From Comamonadaceae bacterium (lineage in GTDB: Bacteria; Pseudomonadota; Gammaproteobacteria; Burkholderiales; Burkholderiaceae_C), in contig JAIXSQ010000018.1 in NCBI GenBank assembly GCA_027484575.1, positions 98,700 to 162,699 of the forward strand: a stretch of 64,000 nt of DNA, written 5' to 3'. Below the pieces are notes generated by a model. That model searched no databases and had not been told where the DNA came from. It saw only the letters and a list, made by a program, of their open reading frames with translations. Every line of letters begins with the position of its first letter. Position 1 is the stretch's first letter. A program made the translations under genes and the position numbers. This document shows positions 36,575-44,996 of this stretch, piece by piece.

Positions 36575-38019
36575 TGCAGGCTGCCGGCGCCACGGGCGCG
36601 ACCGAGCTGCCCCCACCCGGCCTGCCGCTGCCGCAACGCCGGCTGGCCGCGGCGGCGATCCTGCTGGGCATCGCGATCACGGTCGTCGAAGGGATGATCG
36701 TCAACCTGGCGCTGCCCTCGCTGGCGCGCGACCTGGGGGCCAGCGCCTCGGCCGCGGTGTGGGTGGTCAACGCCTACCAGCTGGCGGTGCTCGCCCTGCT
36801 GCTGCCGCTGGCCTCGCTCGGCGAGCGGGTGGGCTACCGGCGCGTGTACCTGGCGGGCGTGGTGGTGTTCACGCTGGCCTCGGCGGCCTGTGCGTGGTCG
36901 GGGTCGCTGGCCATGCTGGTGGGCGCGCGCGCCCTGCAGGGCGCCGGCGCGGCCGGCCTGATGGCCGTGAATGCGGCCCTGGTGCGCCTGACCTATCCGC
37001 CCGAGGTGCTGGGCCGCGGCATCGCGCTCAACTCGGTGGTGGTCGCGCTGTCGTCGGTCGCCGGGCCCGCGCTGTCGGCGGCGATCCTGTCGGTGGCCGA
37101 CTGGCCCTGGCTGTTTGCGATCAACCTGCCGCTGGGCCTGGTGCTGCTCGTGCTCGGCGCTCGGGCCCTGCCCGACAACCCGCCCGGTGGCGGCGCCCAC
37201 CGGCGTGCCAGCGTGGCCGACGCGCTGCTGAACGCCGTCATGTTCTGCGGCGTGTTCCTGGCCATCGACCTGCTCGGGGCCCGCACGGGCGAGGGCGGCC
37301 TGGCGGCGGCCGCCAGCGCGCACTGGGGCCCCTTGCCGCTGGGCGGCTGGCTGCTCGGGGCCGCCCTGGCGGTGGGCGTGGTGCACGTGCGCCGGCAGGC
37401 GCGCCAGCCGGTGCCGCTGCTGCCCATCGACCTGCTGCGCATCCGCGTGTTCCGCCTGTCCATGGCCACCTCGGTGTGCGCCTTCGCCGCGCAGACGCTG
37501 GCCTTCATCGCGCTGCCTTTCCTGCTGCTGGACGCCTGGCATCTGGGCAGCGGCCAGGCGGGCGCGTTGATGGCGTGCTGGCCGGCCGGCGTGGTGCTGG
37601 CGGCACCGGTCGCCGGCCGCCTGATCGGGCGCCTGAACGGCGGGCTGCTGGGCGGCGTGGGACTGGGTGCGCTGGCGCTGGGCCTGGCGGCGCTTGCGCT
37701 GCTGGCCGGCGGCGGACCCCGTCCCGGCATGCCCTGGGCGGTGGGCGCTGCGCTGCTGCTGTGCGGCCTGGGGTTCGGAAGCTTTCAATCGCCCAACAAC
37801 CACGTGATCCTGACCAGCGCGCCCGCGCGGCGTGCCGGGGCCGCCGGCGGCATGCTGGCCACGGCGCGGCTGACCGGCCAGTCCACCGGCGCGGTGTGCA
37901 TCGCCGCGGTCTTCGCGGTGGCTGCCGCGGGGGCGGGCGGCCCCCAGGCGGCGCTGGCACTGGCGGCGGCGAGTTCGGCCGCGGCCGCGATCTTCAGCGC
38001 GCTGCGGCTGCGCGACTGA
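36574..38019 (+). CDS. MFS transporter (DHA2/EmrB-like, about 14 TM)
   Basis: Part of ORF 36433..38019(+), starting at ATG 36574 (TGATG overlap with the previous stop). The MFS motif is LGERVGYRRVYLAGVVVF and there are many TM segments. Confidence 0.88.
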   Translation: MQAAGATGATELPPPGLPLPQRRLAAAAILLGIAITVVEGMIVNLALPSLARDLGASASAAVWVVNAYQLAVLALLLPLASLGERVGYRRVYLAGVVVFTLASAACAWSGSLAMLVGARALQGAGAAGLMAVNAALVRLTYPPEVLGRGIALNSVVVALSSVAGPALSAAILSVADWPWLFAINLPLGLVLLVLGARALPDNPPGGGAHRRASVADALLNAVMFCGVFLAIDLLGARTGEGGLAAAASAHWGPLPLGGWLLGAALAVGVVHVRRQARQPVPLLPIDLLRIRVFRLSMATSVCAFAAQTLAFIALPFLLLDAWHLGSGQAGALMACWPAGVVLAAPVAGRLIGRLNGGLLGGVGLGALALGLAALALLAGGGPRPGMPWAVGAALLLCGLGFGSFQSPNNHVILTSAPARRAGAAGGMLATARLTGQSTGAVCIAAVFAVAAAGAGGPQAALALAAASSAAAAIFSALRLRD

Positions 38020-38149
38020 GTGACGGTGCGGCTTGTGCGGGCGGTGCGGACCCAGCCGCGCGGCGGACGCAAGTCGAAGATGTAAAGCCCCGGTCGCCAG
38101 CGTGCGGGGGCTAGCAAGCCGGGCCCGGTACTGGGACAATCCCGCCCCT

Positions 38150-38335
38150 ATGAATCGCAGTACCGACCAGAAGCGGTCCCAGAGCCGCAAGCCTGCCGTG
38201 GACCTCGACGACAACGACGATGGTCCGATCCAGGACAGCGCCGCGCTGCGGTGGCTCGAGGAGGCTCCCTCCCGGCTCGCCCAGCGCATCCCCAACTCGG
38301 TGTTCGCCTTGGGCGCCGTGCTGACGGCCGAATGA
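38150..38335 (+). CDS. small hypothetical protein (61 aa)
   Basis: Part of ORF 38033..38335(+), starting at ATG 38150 (MNRSTDQKRSQSRKPAVDLDDNDDGPIQDSAALRWLEE...). GACAAT lies 9 nt upstream. No recognisable domain. Confidence 0.35.
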   Translation: MNRSTDQKRSQSRKPAVDLDDNDDGPIQDSAALRWLEEAPSRLAQRIPNSVFALGAVLTAE

Positions 38336-38438
38336 GGCCCCCGCGCCGGTGCCCGCCCGGGCCCCGGCGTTCGTCCCCCACTGACCTTCCCCGCGCGCGC
38401 GGCCGCCCGATCCCGGGCGCGCCGCCGCATGCGCGTGG

Positions 38439-38780
38439 TCAATGCCGGCCGGCCCCCCGCGGCCGCTGCGGCATGGGGCGGCCCGGCATGGGCCGCCACA
38501 GCGGGCCGGGCCGCCACCAGGGCCCGGGGCCGTACGGCCGCCAGGCGTAGGGCGGCGGCGGCGGTTCCCAGGCCCCGGGCGGCCAGCCGGGCGGGCCGAG
38601 CAGCACCGGTGCCGGCAGCACGACCAGCGGCGCCGGCCCGACCACGATCGGCACGTCCTGCACCACCATGGTCTGCGGCGGGCCGGGCTCGGCCACGCTG
38701 GCGCAGCCTGCCGCCAGCAGGCTGGTCGCCAACAACAGGCCCAGGGAGGTGGTGCGGCAGGACGTCATCGTGGCGTCCAT
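38439..38780 (-). CDS. small Pro/Trp/Gly-rich lipoprotein
   Basis: This is the 3' end of ORF 38439..39740(-), starting at the ATG at 38780 (or 38768). MDATMTSCRTTSLGLLLATSLLAAGC provides the lipobox. The mature part is rich in P, W and G (GPPGWPPGAWEPPPPPYAWRPYGPGPWWRPGPLWRP). Confidence 0.55.
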   Translation of the reverse strand: MDATMTSCRTTSLGLLLATSLLAAGCASVAEPGPPQTMVVQDVPIVVGPAPLVVLPAPVLLGPPGWPPGAWEPPPPPYAWRPYGPGPWWRPGPLWRPMPGRPMPQRPRGAGRH

Positions 38781-38845
38781 GCTGCCGCGTCGCCGGGCCA
38801 GCCACCGGCCGCGGCGCGCCCGAATCGCAACAGGATGTGCGCAGC

Positions 38846-39577
38846 TCAGGGCAGTTCGGCGTTGCGCATGCGCGCGACGATGGTCTGCGCGCGGCTGGCC
38901 AGGTAGCCCGAGTCGGGCACCTTCTCGAAGTAGCGGGGGCGCGGCAGCATGACGGCCAGGCGCGCGGCCTCGTAGGGCGTCAGCTCCGACGCCGCCTTGC
39001 GCCAGTAATGGCGCGCGGCGGCCTCGGCGCCGAACACCCCCTCGCCCCATTCCACCGAGTTCAGGTAGATCTCGAGGATGCGCTGCTTGGTCAGCAGCTG
39101 CTCCAGCGCGAAGGTCAGCACGATCTCCTGGCCTTTGCGCACCAGCGTGCGCTCGCCCGACAGCAGCAGGTTCTTGGCCAGCTGCTGCGTGATGGTGGAG
39201 CCGCCGACGATCCTGGGCGGGCGGCTCGCGCGCGGCTGCAGTTGCGCGCGCCGCGCCGCCTGCTCCTCGGCCTTGGCATTGCGCTGCCAGGCCTTCTCCA
39301 GCGCCTCCCAGTCCACGCCGTCGTGGCTGGTGAAGCCGTCGTCCTCGGAGGCGATCACGGCGCGCTTGAGGTGATCGGAGATGCGGGCGTAGGGCACCCA
39401 GTCCTGCCGCCAGCGCAGCCGCTCGCGCTCGGTGGCGATGCGCCAGGCCTCGGAACGCTGGAACGCGGTGGACTGCGGGTCGACCACCGCCATCAGCGCG
39501 ATGCGGCCGACGAAGAACAGCTGCAGCGCCAGCCCCGCGAGCGCCAGCAGCAGCAGCCACCGGCCCAGCGCCCTCAT
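38846..39577 (-). CDS. mtgA: monofunctional biosynthetic peptidoglycan transglycosylase
   Basis: ORF 38846..39721(-), with the start moved to the ATG at 39577 (MRALGRWLLLLALAG). GT51 motifs are present: AVIASEDDGFTSHDGVDW, GGSTITQQLAKNLLLS, RKGQEIVLTFALEQ. Confidence 0.92.
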   Translation of the reverse strand: MRALGRWLLLLALAGLALQLFFVGRIALMAVVDPQSTAFQRSEAWRIATERERLRWRQDWVPYARISDHLKRAVIASEDDGFTSHDGVDWEALEKAWQRNAKAEEQAARRAQLQPRASRPPRIVGGSTITQQLAKNLLLSGERTLVRKGQEIVLTFALEQLLTKQRILEIYLNSVEWGEGVFGAEAAARHYWRKAASELTPYEAARLAVMLPRPRYFEKVPDSGYLASRAQTIVARMRNAELP

Positions 39578-40413
39578 GCGGCGTCCACGCGCGCGCGCAG
39601 TTCCCGCAGCACCTGGGCGGTGGGCGGGCGCACGCCGCGCCAGACCAGGAAGGACTCGGCCGCCTGCTCCACCAGCATGCCCAGGCCGTCGCGGCCGGTG
39701 GCCCCGTGGGCCGCGGCCCACTGCAGGAAGCCGCGCGCACCGGCGCCGTACATCATGTCGTAGGCCAGCGTGCCGGCCCGCAGCACCGTGGCCGGCACCG
39801 GGACCACATCGCCGGCCAGGCTGGAGGCGGTGGCGTTGACCACGATGTCGTAGGCCGTGCCGGGATCGGCCAGCGGCGCGGCGCGCAGCTGCACCTGCGC
39901 CGCATGCGCCACCGGCTGGTGGGTGCGCACCAGGGCCTGGGCCTTGTCGGCCGTGCGGTTGGCCACCACCACCGCGGCGGGCGCGGCCTCCAGCAGCGGT
40001 CCCAGCACGCCGGCCGCCGCGCCGCCCGCGCCGACCAGCAGCACGCGCGCGCCGCGCAGCGCCACGCCGGCGTGCACGCCGATGTCGTTGACCAGGCCCA
40101 CGCCGTCCGTGTTGTCGCCCCAGATGCCGTCGGGGTCGAAGCGCAGCGTGTTGCAGGCGCCTGCGAGGCGCGCCCGGGCACTCGTGGCGGTCGCCATCTG
40201 CGCGGCCTCGAACTTGAACGGCACGGTGACGTTGCAGCCGTGTCCGCCCGCGGCGCGGAAGCCCTGCACCGCGGGGGCGAAGCCGTCCAGCGGGGCCAGC
40301 ACCTTGCCGTAGTCGATGCGCTGGCCCGTCAGCTCGGCGAACCGTGCATGGATCCAGGGCGAGCGGCTGTGCTCGACGGGGTTGCCGATCACGGCATAGC
40401 GGTCGGGGGTCAT
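39574..40413 (-). CDS. aroE: shikimate dehydrogenase
   Basis: ORF 39574..40413(-), 279 aa. Motifs: YAVIGNPVEHSRSPWIH, NVTVPFK, LLVGAGGAA. Confidence 0.92.
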   Translation of the reverse strand: MTPDRYAVIGNPVEHSRSPWIHARFAELTGQRIDYGKVLAPLDGFAPAVQGFRAAGGHGCNVTVPFKFEAAQMATATSARARLAGACNTLRFDPDGIWGDNTDGVGLVNDIGVHAGVALRGARVLLVGAGGAAAGVLGPLLEAAPAAVVVANRTADKAQALVRTHQPVAHAAQVQLRAAPLADPGTAYDIVVNATASSLAGDVVPVPATVLRAGTLAYDMMYGAGARGFLQWAAAHGATGRDGLGMLVEQAAESFLVWRGVRPPTAQVLRELRARVDAA

Positions 40414-41264
40414 CGGGCGGTGAGCTTCGTCTCGAGCGTCTCGTCGCGCGTGAACTTGAAGCGCGAGACCACGACGATCTGGTCGGCCTGCCGGCGCATG
40501 GCCTCGCTGAAGCGGCCGAAGGGGCCGGCGCCGCGGGCGATGCCCTGGGCGCGCCGGTCCAGCGCGGGGTTGCCGGAGCTCTCGACGATCTCGGTGGCCA
40601 GCACCGTGCCGTCGTGGTTGACCGTCACCACCATGGTCAGCTCGCCATACAGCTTCTGCCCCGCTTGCTCGGGGAAGTTGGTGGTGCCGCGGTCCTCGAT
40701 GCGCCGGCGCAGGCCGTCGTAGTAGGTCGCGTAGACCTCCTCGCGGGTGGCAGGGCTGACGTAGCGCTTCTTGGGCCGGGCGTTCTCGGCGTTGATGCGG
40801 CGCTCGATCTCGGCCAGCAGCTGCACCAGCTGGCGGCGCTTGTCCTCGCGGGCCTGCGCCTCGGCGCTGTTGGGTGCCTGCCGCGGGTCGGTGGGCGGCA
40901 TCGCCGCCAGCATCTGCTTGACCTGGGCGAGCATGAGCATCTGCTGCTCCTGCATCGCATCGATCCTCTTGCGCGCATCCTCGTCGGCATCACCTGTGGC
41001 GGTGAGCGCCGCGTAGGGCAGGGGCGAGGTGGCGCGCCCCTTGTCGGCATCGCCGCCGCCGGCCATCGAGGCCTGCGCGATGGCCTGCGCGCGATCGGGC
41101 CGCTCGGTGCTGCGGGCGTTGACCAGCACCACCTCGAGCGGGGTGTCCTGGAACACCCGGTTGAAGCGCTCGGGGTCGACGAAGCGGACCGTCAGCAGCA
41201 CCGCATGCACGGCGACGGAGGCGCCCAGTGCGAGTTGGAGGGTGCTGACCGACTTCAGGTTCAC
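40410..41264 (-). CDS. TonB-family energy transducer-like protein
   Basis: ORF 40410..41264(-) with a GTG start and an N-terminal TM segment. The C-terminal TonB_C-like domain reads GELTMVVTVNHDGTVLATEIVESSGNPALDRRAQGIA. Confidence 0.78.
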   Translation of the reverse strand: MNLKSVSTLQLALGASVAVHAVLLTVRFVDPERFNRVFQDTPLEVVLVNARSTERPDRAQAIAQASMAGGGDADKGRATSPLPYAALTATGDADEDARKRIDAMQEQQMLMLAQVKQMLAAMPPTDPRQAPNSAEAQAREDKRRQLVQLLAEIERRINAENARPKKRYVSPATREEVYATYYDGLRRRIEDRGTTNFPEQAGQKLYGELTMVVTVNHDGTVLATEIVESSGNPALDRRAQGIARGAGPFGRFSEAMRRQADQIVVVSRFKFTRDETLETKLTAR

Positions 41265-43321
41265 GGGGCCGGATTATCGGGCCCCGCGTCCGCCGGGCCC
41301 GGCTCGCCGGCATCGGCCACGTCGACGGCGATGGCGATGGGCCCCGCCACCGGCTCCTCGTCCTCGCCGGTGTCGTCCTCGGGCGACACCGCTGGCGCAT
41401 CCAGCCGCTCGACCACCGTGCCGGTCACTTCCAGCGAGATGTCGTCGATCGCGCCCAGGCGCACCCGCAGCTTGGCGCCGCGCGCCAGGCCGTCGGCGCC
41501 CATCACGGGCAGCACCAGCGGCAGGTCGTCGGCCCGCACCAGGCCTTCGCGGAAGACCGTGCCCACCAGCTCGGTGATGCCCTGCTGGCGCAGGTACTGC
41601 AAGGTCCAGAACCGTTCCATGCCGGCCTGGTAGCCGTTGTACGCGCCGTAGGCCGCATCGAAGCCCGAGATGATCGAGAACAGCTCGGCGTCCTTGGGCT
41701 TGAACGGCGCGGCCAGGGCGGCGGTGCGCCCGTGGCGGGCCGCCGCGATGATCTGCCACTGGTTGACCAGGTCGGTGTAGCGGCGCAGCGGCGAGGTGCT
41801 CCAGGCGTAGCAGTCGACGCCGATGCCCGCGTGGGGCAGCGCCTTGGTGCCCATGCGCACCTTCACGCCCGGCGCCATGCTGGCCTGGCTGCGGTAGATG
41901 CCCGGGATGCCGAAGTCGGCCAGCAGCCGGCCCCAGTTGTTGTTGGCCAGGATCATGGCCTCGGCCACGATCAGGTCCAGCGGGGCGCCGCGCTTGCGCA
42001 CGCCGATCTCGACCTGCTCGGTGCCGTCGGGCGAACGGCCCTCGTTGCCGTGCAGGCGGAACGTGTAGTCGGGGCGGTTGAAGTTCTCGGGCTTGCCGCG
42101 CACCTGCTCGCGCGCGGCCTTCAGGTGCTGCGCCAGCCGCCACAGGAACGACAGCTCCCCGCGCAGGTGCACGGCCGGCTCGGGCACCGGCTGCGGCGCG
42201 TCGGCGCCTTCCAGCCAGTCCTGCGTGATGAAGGCATCGAGCTTGTCGTGGCGCAGGTTGGCGCGGATCGGCACGCGCTCGAGCGCGGTGCGCGTGCCCT
42301 GCACGGCCAGCGTGGCCTCGTCGAGCGTGACGTACAGCGACACGGCCGGGCAGTCGCGGCCCTCCTGGAGCGTGTAGGCCTGCACCACCGCGTCGGGCAG
42401 CATGGTGATCTTGTGGCCGGGCATGTAGACCGTCGACAGCCGCTGGCGCGCGACCTGGTCGATCGGCGAGCCGGGCTGCACCGCCAGGCCGGGCGCCGCG
42501 ATGTGGATGCCCAGCGTCACCTGGCCCGAGCCCAGGCCGGTGACCGACAGCGCGTCGTCGATCTCGGTGGTGTGCGAGTCGTCGATGGACACCGCCTGCA
42601 CGGCGGCCACTGGCAGGTCGTCGGTGATCGCCGGCGCGGCCAGGGCCGGAAAGCCCGTCCCCTTGGGGAAGTGCTCGAAGAGGAAGCGCTGCCAGTGGAA
42701 CTCGTAGGGCGAGGCGATCGCCCCCGCACGCTGCAGCAGAGCCAGCGGGGCCAGCTGCGTGGCGCGCGCGGCCTCGACCACGGCCTTGTACTCGGGGCCG
42801 TTCTTGTCCGGCTTGAACAGGATGCGGTACAGCTGCTCGCGCACTTCCGCCGGGCACTGGCCCGCCGCCAGCTCGCCGGCCCAGGCGGCGATCTGCGCCT
42901 GCACCTGCTTTTTCTTCTCGATGGCCGCCAGGGCCTGCTGCACGATCTCGGAGGGCGCCTTGCGGAACCGCCCCTTGCCCGCGCGGCGGAAGTAGTGCGG
43001 CGCCTCGTGCAGCCGGAACAGGGCCGCGGCCTGCTGCTCCAGCGAAGGCTTGTCGGTGAAGTACTCGCGCGCCAGGTCGGCGAAGCCGAACTCGTCCTCG
43101 GGCGCGAATTCCCAGGCCAGCTGCAGCTCGATCTCCTGCGCCACCGCCTGCGCCCCGGCCACCAGCTCGGACGGCTGGGGCTTGTCGAACTTCAGCAGGA
43201 TGTTGGCGGCCTTGACCTTGACGCGCTTGCCGGTCTCCAGCTCCACCTGCGCGGACGCATCGGCTTCGGAGAGCACGCGCCCGGCCTGGAACTTGCCGGC
43301 TTCCTCGAACAGTGCATACAT
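41261..43321 (-). CDS. RNB-domain exoribonuclease (RNase II family)
   Basis: ORF 41261..43660(-), with the start moved to the ATG at 43321 (MYALFEEAGKFQAGRVL). The RNB catalytic region reads SIDDSHTTEIDDALSV...HAGIGVDCYAWSTSPLRRYTDLVNQ. Confidence 0.88.
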   Translation of the reverse strand: MYALFEEAGKFQAGRVLSEADASAQVELETGKRVKVKAANILLKFDKPQPSELVAGAQAVAQEIELQLAWEFAPEDEFGFADLAREYFTDKPSLEQQAAALFRLHEAPHYFRRAGKGRFRKAPSEIVQQALAAIEKKKQVQAQIAAWAGELAAGQCPAEVREQLYRILFKPDKNGPEYKAVVEAARATQLAPLALLQRAGAIASPYEFHWQRFLFEHFPKGTGFPALAAPAITDDLPVAAVQAVSIDDSHTTEIDDALSVTGLGSGQVTLGIHIAAPGLAVQPGSPIDQVARQRLSTVYMPGHKITMLPDAVVQAYTLQEGRDCPAVSLYVTLDEATLAVQGTRTALERVPIRANLRHDKLDAFITQDWLEGADAPQPVPEPAVHLRGELSFLWRLAQHLKAAREQVRGKPENFNRPDYTFRLHGNEGRSPDGTEQVEIGVRKRGAPLDLIVAEAMILANNNWGRLLADFGIPGIYRSQASMAPGVKVRMGTKALPHAGIGVDCYAWSTSPLRRYTDLVNQWQIIAAARHGRTAALAAPFKPKDAELFSIISGFDAAYGAYNGYQAGMERFWTLQYLRQQGITELVGTVFREGLVRADDLPLVLPVMGADGLARGAKLRVRLGAIDDISLEVTGTVVERLDAPAVSPEDDTGEDEEPVAGPIAIAVDVADAGEPGPADAGPDNPAP

Positions 43322-43355
43322 CGGCCGGATTGTCCCATGGGGGTGCGGCCGGCCA

Positions 43356-43946
43356 TCAGCGCGCCAGGTCGAGGAAGGCCAGCGCCCGGTCCAGGTGGGC
43401 GGCCTCGTAGTCCGACAGGGCGTGGTCGCCGCCTTCCAGCAGCTCGACGGCGCTGCCGGGATAGCGGGCGACCATCTCGCGCCAGTCCAGCACCTCGTCG
43501 CCCTTGGCGACGATGGCCAGCACCCGGCCCGGGTGCGCCAGCGGCCCGGCCTCGAGCGCCTGCAGCTCGTCCACGTGGTGCGGCTCGACCACGAAGCGCT
43601 GGCCGGGGTCGTGCCAGGCCACCTGTTCGCCCAGGTGCCGGCCGATGTCGCGTGCCGCATGCACCGCGGGATTGAGCAGCACCGCCCGGCCGCCGGTGCG
43701 TTGCGCCACCCAGGTCGCGTAGTAGCCGCCCAGCGAGGAGCCGATCACGCCCATGGCATCGCGGGGCCAGCCCGCGATGCCCTGCATCACCAGCGCCATC
43801 GCCTCGCGCGGCGACGGCGGCAGTTGCGGGCACCACCAGGTGACCTCGGGGTGGTCGCGGGCCACGCGCGCGGCGGTCTGCCGTGCCTTGGCCGACTGCG
43901 GCGAGGAGCGGAAGCCGTGCAGGTAGAGCAGGTGGGTGGTGGGCAT
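43356..43946 (-). CDS. yqiA: YqiA-like esterase (UPF0227 alpha/beta hydrolase)
   Basis: These are the last 196 codons of ORF 43356..45062(-), starting at the ATG at 43946 (MPTTHLLYLHGFRSSPQSAKA). The nucleophile elbow is VIGSSLGG. Confidence 0.82.
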   Translation of the reverse strand: MPTTHLLYLHGFRSSPQSAKARQTAARVARDHPEVTWWCPQLPPSPREAMALVMQGIAGWPRDAMGVIGSSLGGYYATWVAQRTGGRAVLLNPAVHAARDIGRHLGEQVAWHDPGQRFVVEPHHVDELQALEAGPLAHPGRVLAIVAKGDEVLDWREMVARYPGSAVELLEGGDHALSDYEAAHLDRALAFLDLAR

Positions 43947-43981
43947 GGCGCCGATCGTAGGCGCCGGGGGTGGCAGGGCCG

Positions 43982-44015
43982 AAAAAAAACCCCGCCGGCG
44001 CGAACCGGCGGGGGG
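43982..44015 (-). terminator. orphan rho-independent terminator (minus strand)
   Basis: On the minus strand a CCCCGCCGG-TTCGCG-CCGGCGGGG hairpin is followed by eight T. It lies upstream of the yqiA start, and no annotated minus-strand gene ends here. Confidence 0.55.
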
Positions 44016-44283
44016 AAGACCGGGCAGGCCTGCCGGACCGCCCAGATCAGGGACCTGGCACCAGGCGCGGGGCGCCGTGGCATCGGGTGGGCACGATAGG
44101 CGCGGCCACGGCCGCGGACCATCCGCCGGAAGTCGGACCTGCACGTCACGCCCACCCTCTGCCCTATGACCGATGGTGGATGCGAGCGGGCATCCACTAA
44201 GCTGCGCGCCCGAGCACGGAGGGGCGTCACCGCGCACCACTCCGGCCACCACCGCGGCAGGCACAAGCGGCCGCGCGTGCGTT

Positions 44284-44312
44284 TTGACCCGCTGCGCGTT
44301 GCCCACCACAAT
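44284..44312 (+). promoter_or_regulatory. candidate sigma-70 promoter for the response-regulator/kinase/giant-ORF unit
   Basis: TTGACC (44284-44289), a 17-nt spacer, then CACAAT (44307-44312). AGGAGG and the GTG start at 44334 follow. Confidence 0.4.
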
Positions 44313-44333
44313 CGCGCGCCACAGGAGGAAGCA

Positions 44334-44996
44334 GTGTTCCGGCTCTTGATTTGCGACGACCATCCCGCCATCCGCGTCGGCCTGAGGTCCACGGCCCGGG
44401 CCGCCATCCCGCAGTGCGAGGTCACCGAGGTGGGCAGCGGGGCCGAACTGCTGCAGGTGCTCTCGGGCCCGCAGGCCTTCGACCTGCTGATCCTCGACGT
44501 GAACCTGCCCGACCGCACCGGGCTCGACCTGCTGCCCGAGGTGCGCAGCCAGCGTCCGCAGCTGCACGTGTGGGTCACCTCGGGCGAGCCGAACGAGCAG
44601 TGGATGGCCCAGGCCCTCAATGGCGGCGCCAACGGCTACCTGCCCAAGTCGGTCGACGAGTCGGTGCTCGCGCAGGCACTGCGCGACGCCAGCCAGGGCC
44701 GCATCATCCTGCCGGCCAACTACGTCCAGCGTCCCGCCACCCGGTGGGATCCCGAGCGCGCCCGCAGCGGCGCCGAGCAGGTGCTCGCCCGCCTGGGGCT
44801 CACCCCGCGCCAGCGCGACGTGCTCACCTGCATCCTGCGGGGCCAGTCGAACAAGCAGATCGCGCGCGCCCTGGACATCTCCGACGGCACGGTGAAGACG
44901 CACACCGCGGCGATCTTCAACGCGCTGGGCGTCAACAGCCGGGCCAACGTGATCGTCAAGTGCAGCAGCCTGGGAATCCCGCTCGGTGGACACTGA
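44334..44996 (+). CDS. NarL/LuxR-family response regulator
   Basis: Part of ORF 44166..44996(+), starting at GTG 44334 after AGGAGG. The REC domain reads LLICDDHP...LLILDVNLPDRTG. The LuxR HTH reads LTPRQRDVLTCILRGQSNKQIARALDISDGTVKTHTAAIF. Confidence 0.9.
   Translation: MFRLLICDDHPAIRVGLRSTARAAIPQCEVTEVGSGAELLQVLSGPQAFDLLILDVNLPDRTGLDLLPEVRSQRPQLHVWVTSGEPNEQWMAQALNGGANGYLPKSVDESVLAQALRDASQGRIILPANYVQRPATRWDPERARSGAEQVLARLGLTPRQRDVLTCILRGQSNKQIARALDISDGTVKTHTAAIFNALGVNSRANVIVKCSSLGIPLGGH

Noticed and set aside
43982-44283. ZTP (pfl) or cobalamin riboswitch, or 6S/SRP/tmRNA/RNase P, in the long intergenic region
   Set aside because: Only short chance resemblances are present (GGGCGTGACG..CCGGCGGATGG; CAGGGACCTGGCA). 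The conserved cores of these RNAs are absent, and the downstream gene (an esterase) does not fit. It is kept only as an unclassified sRNA candidate.
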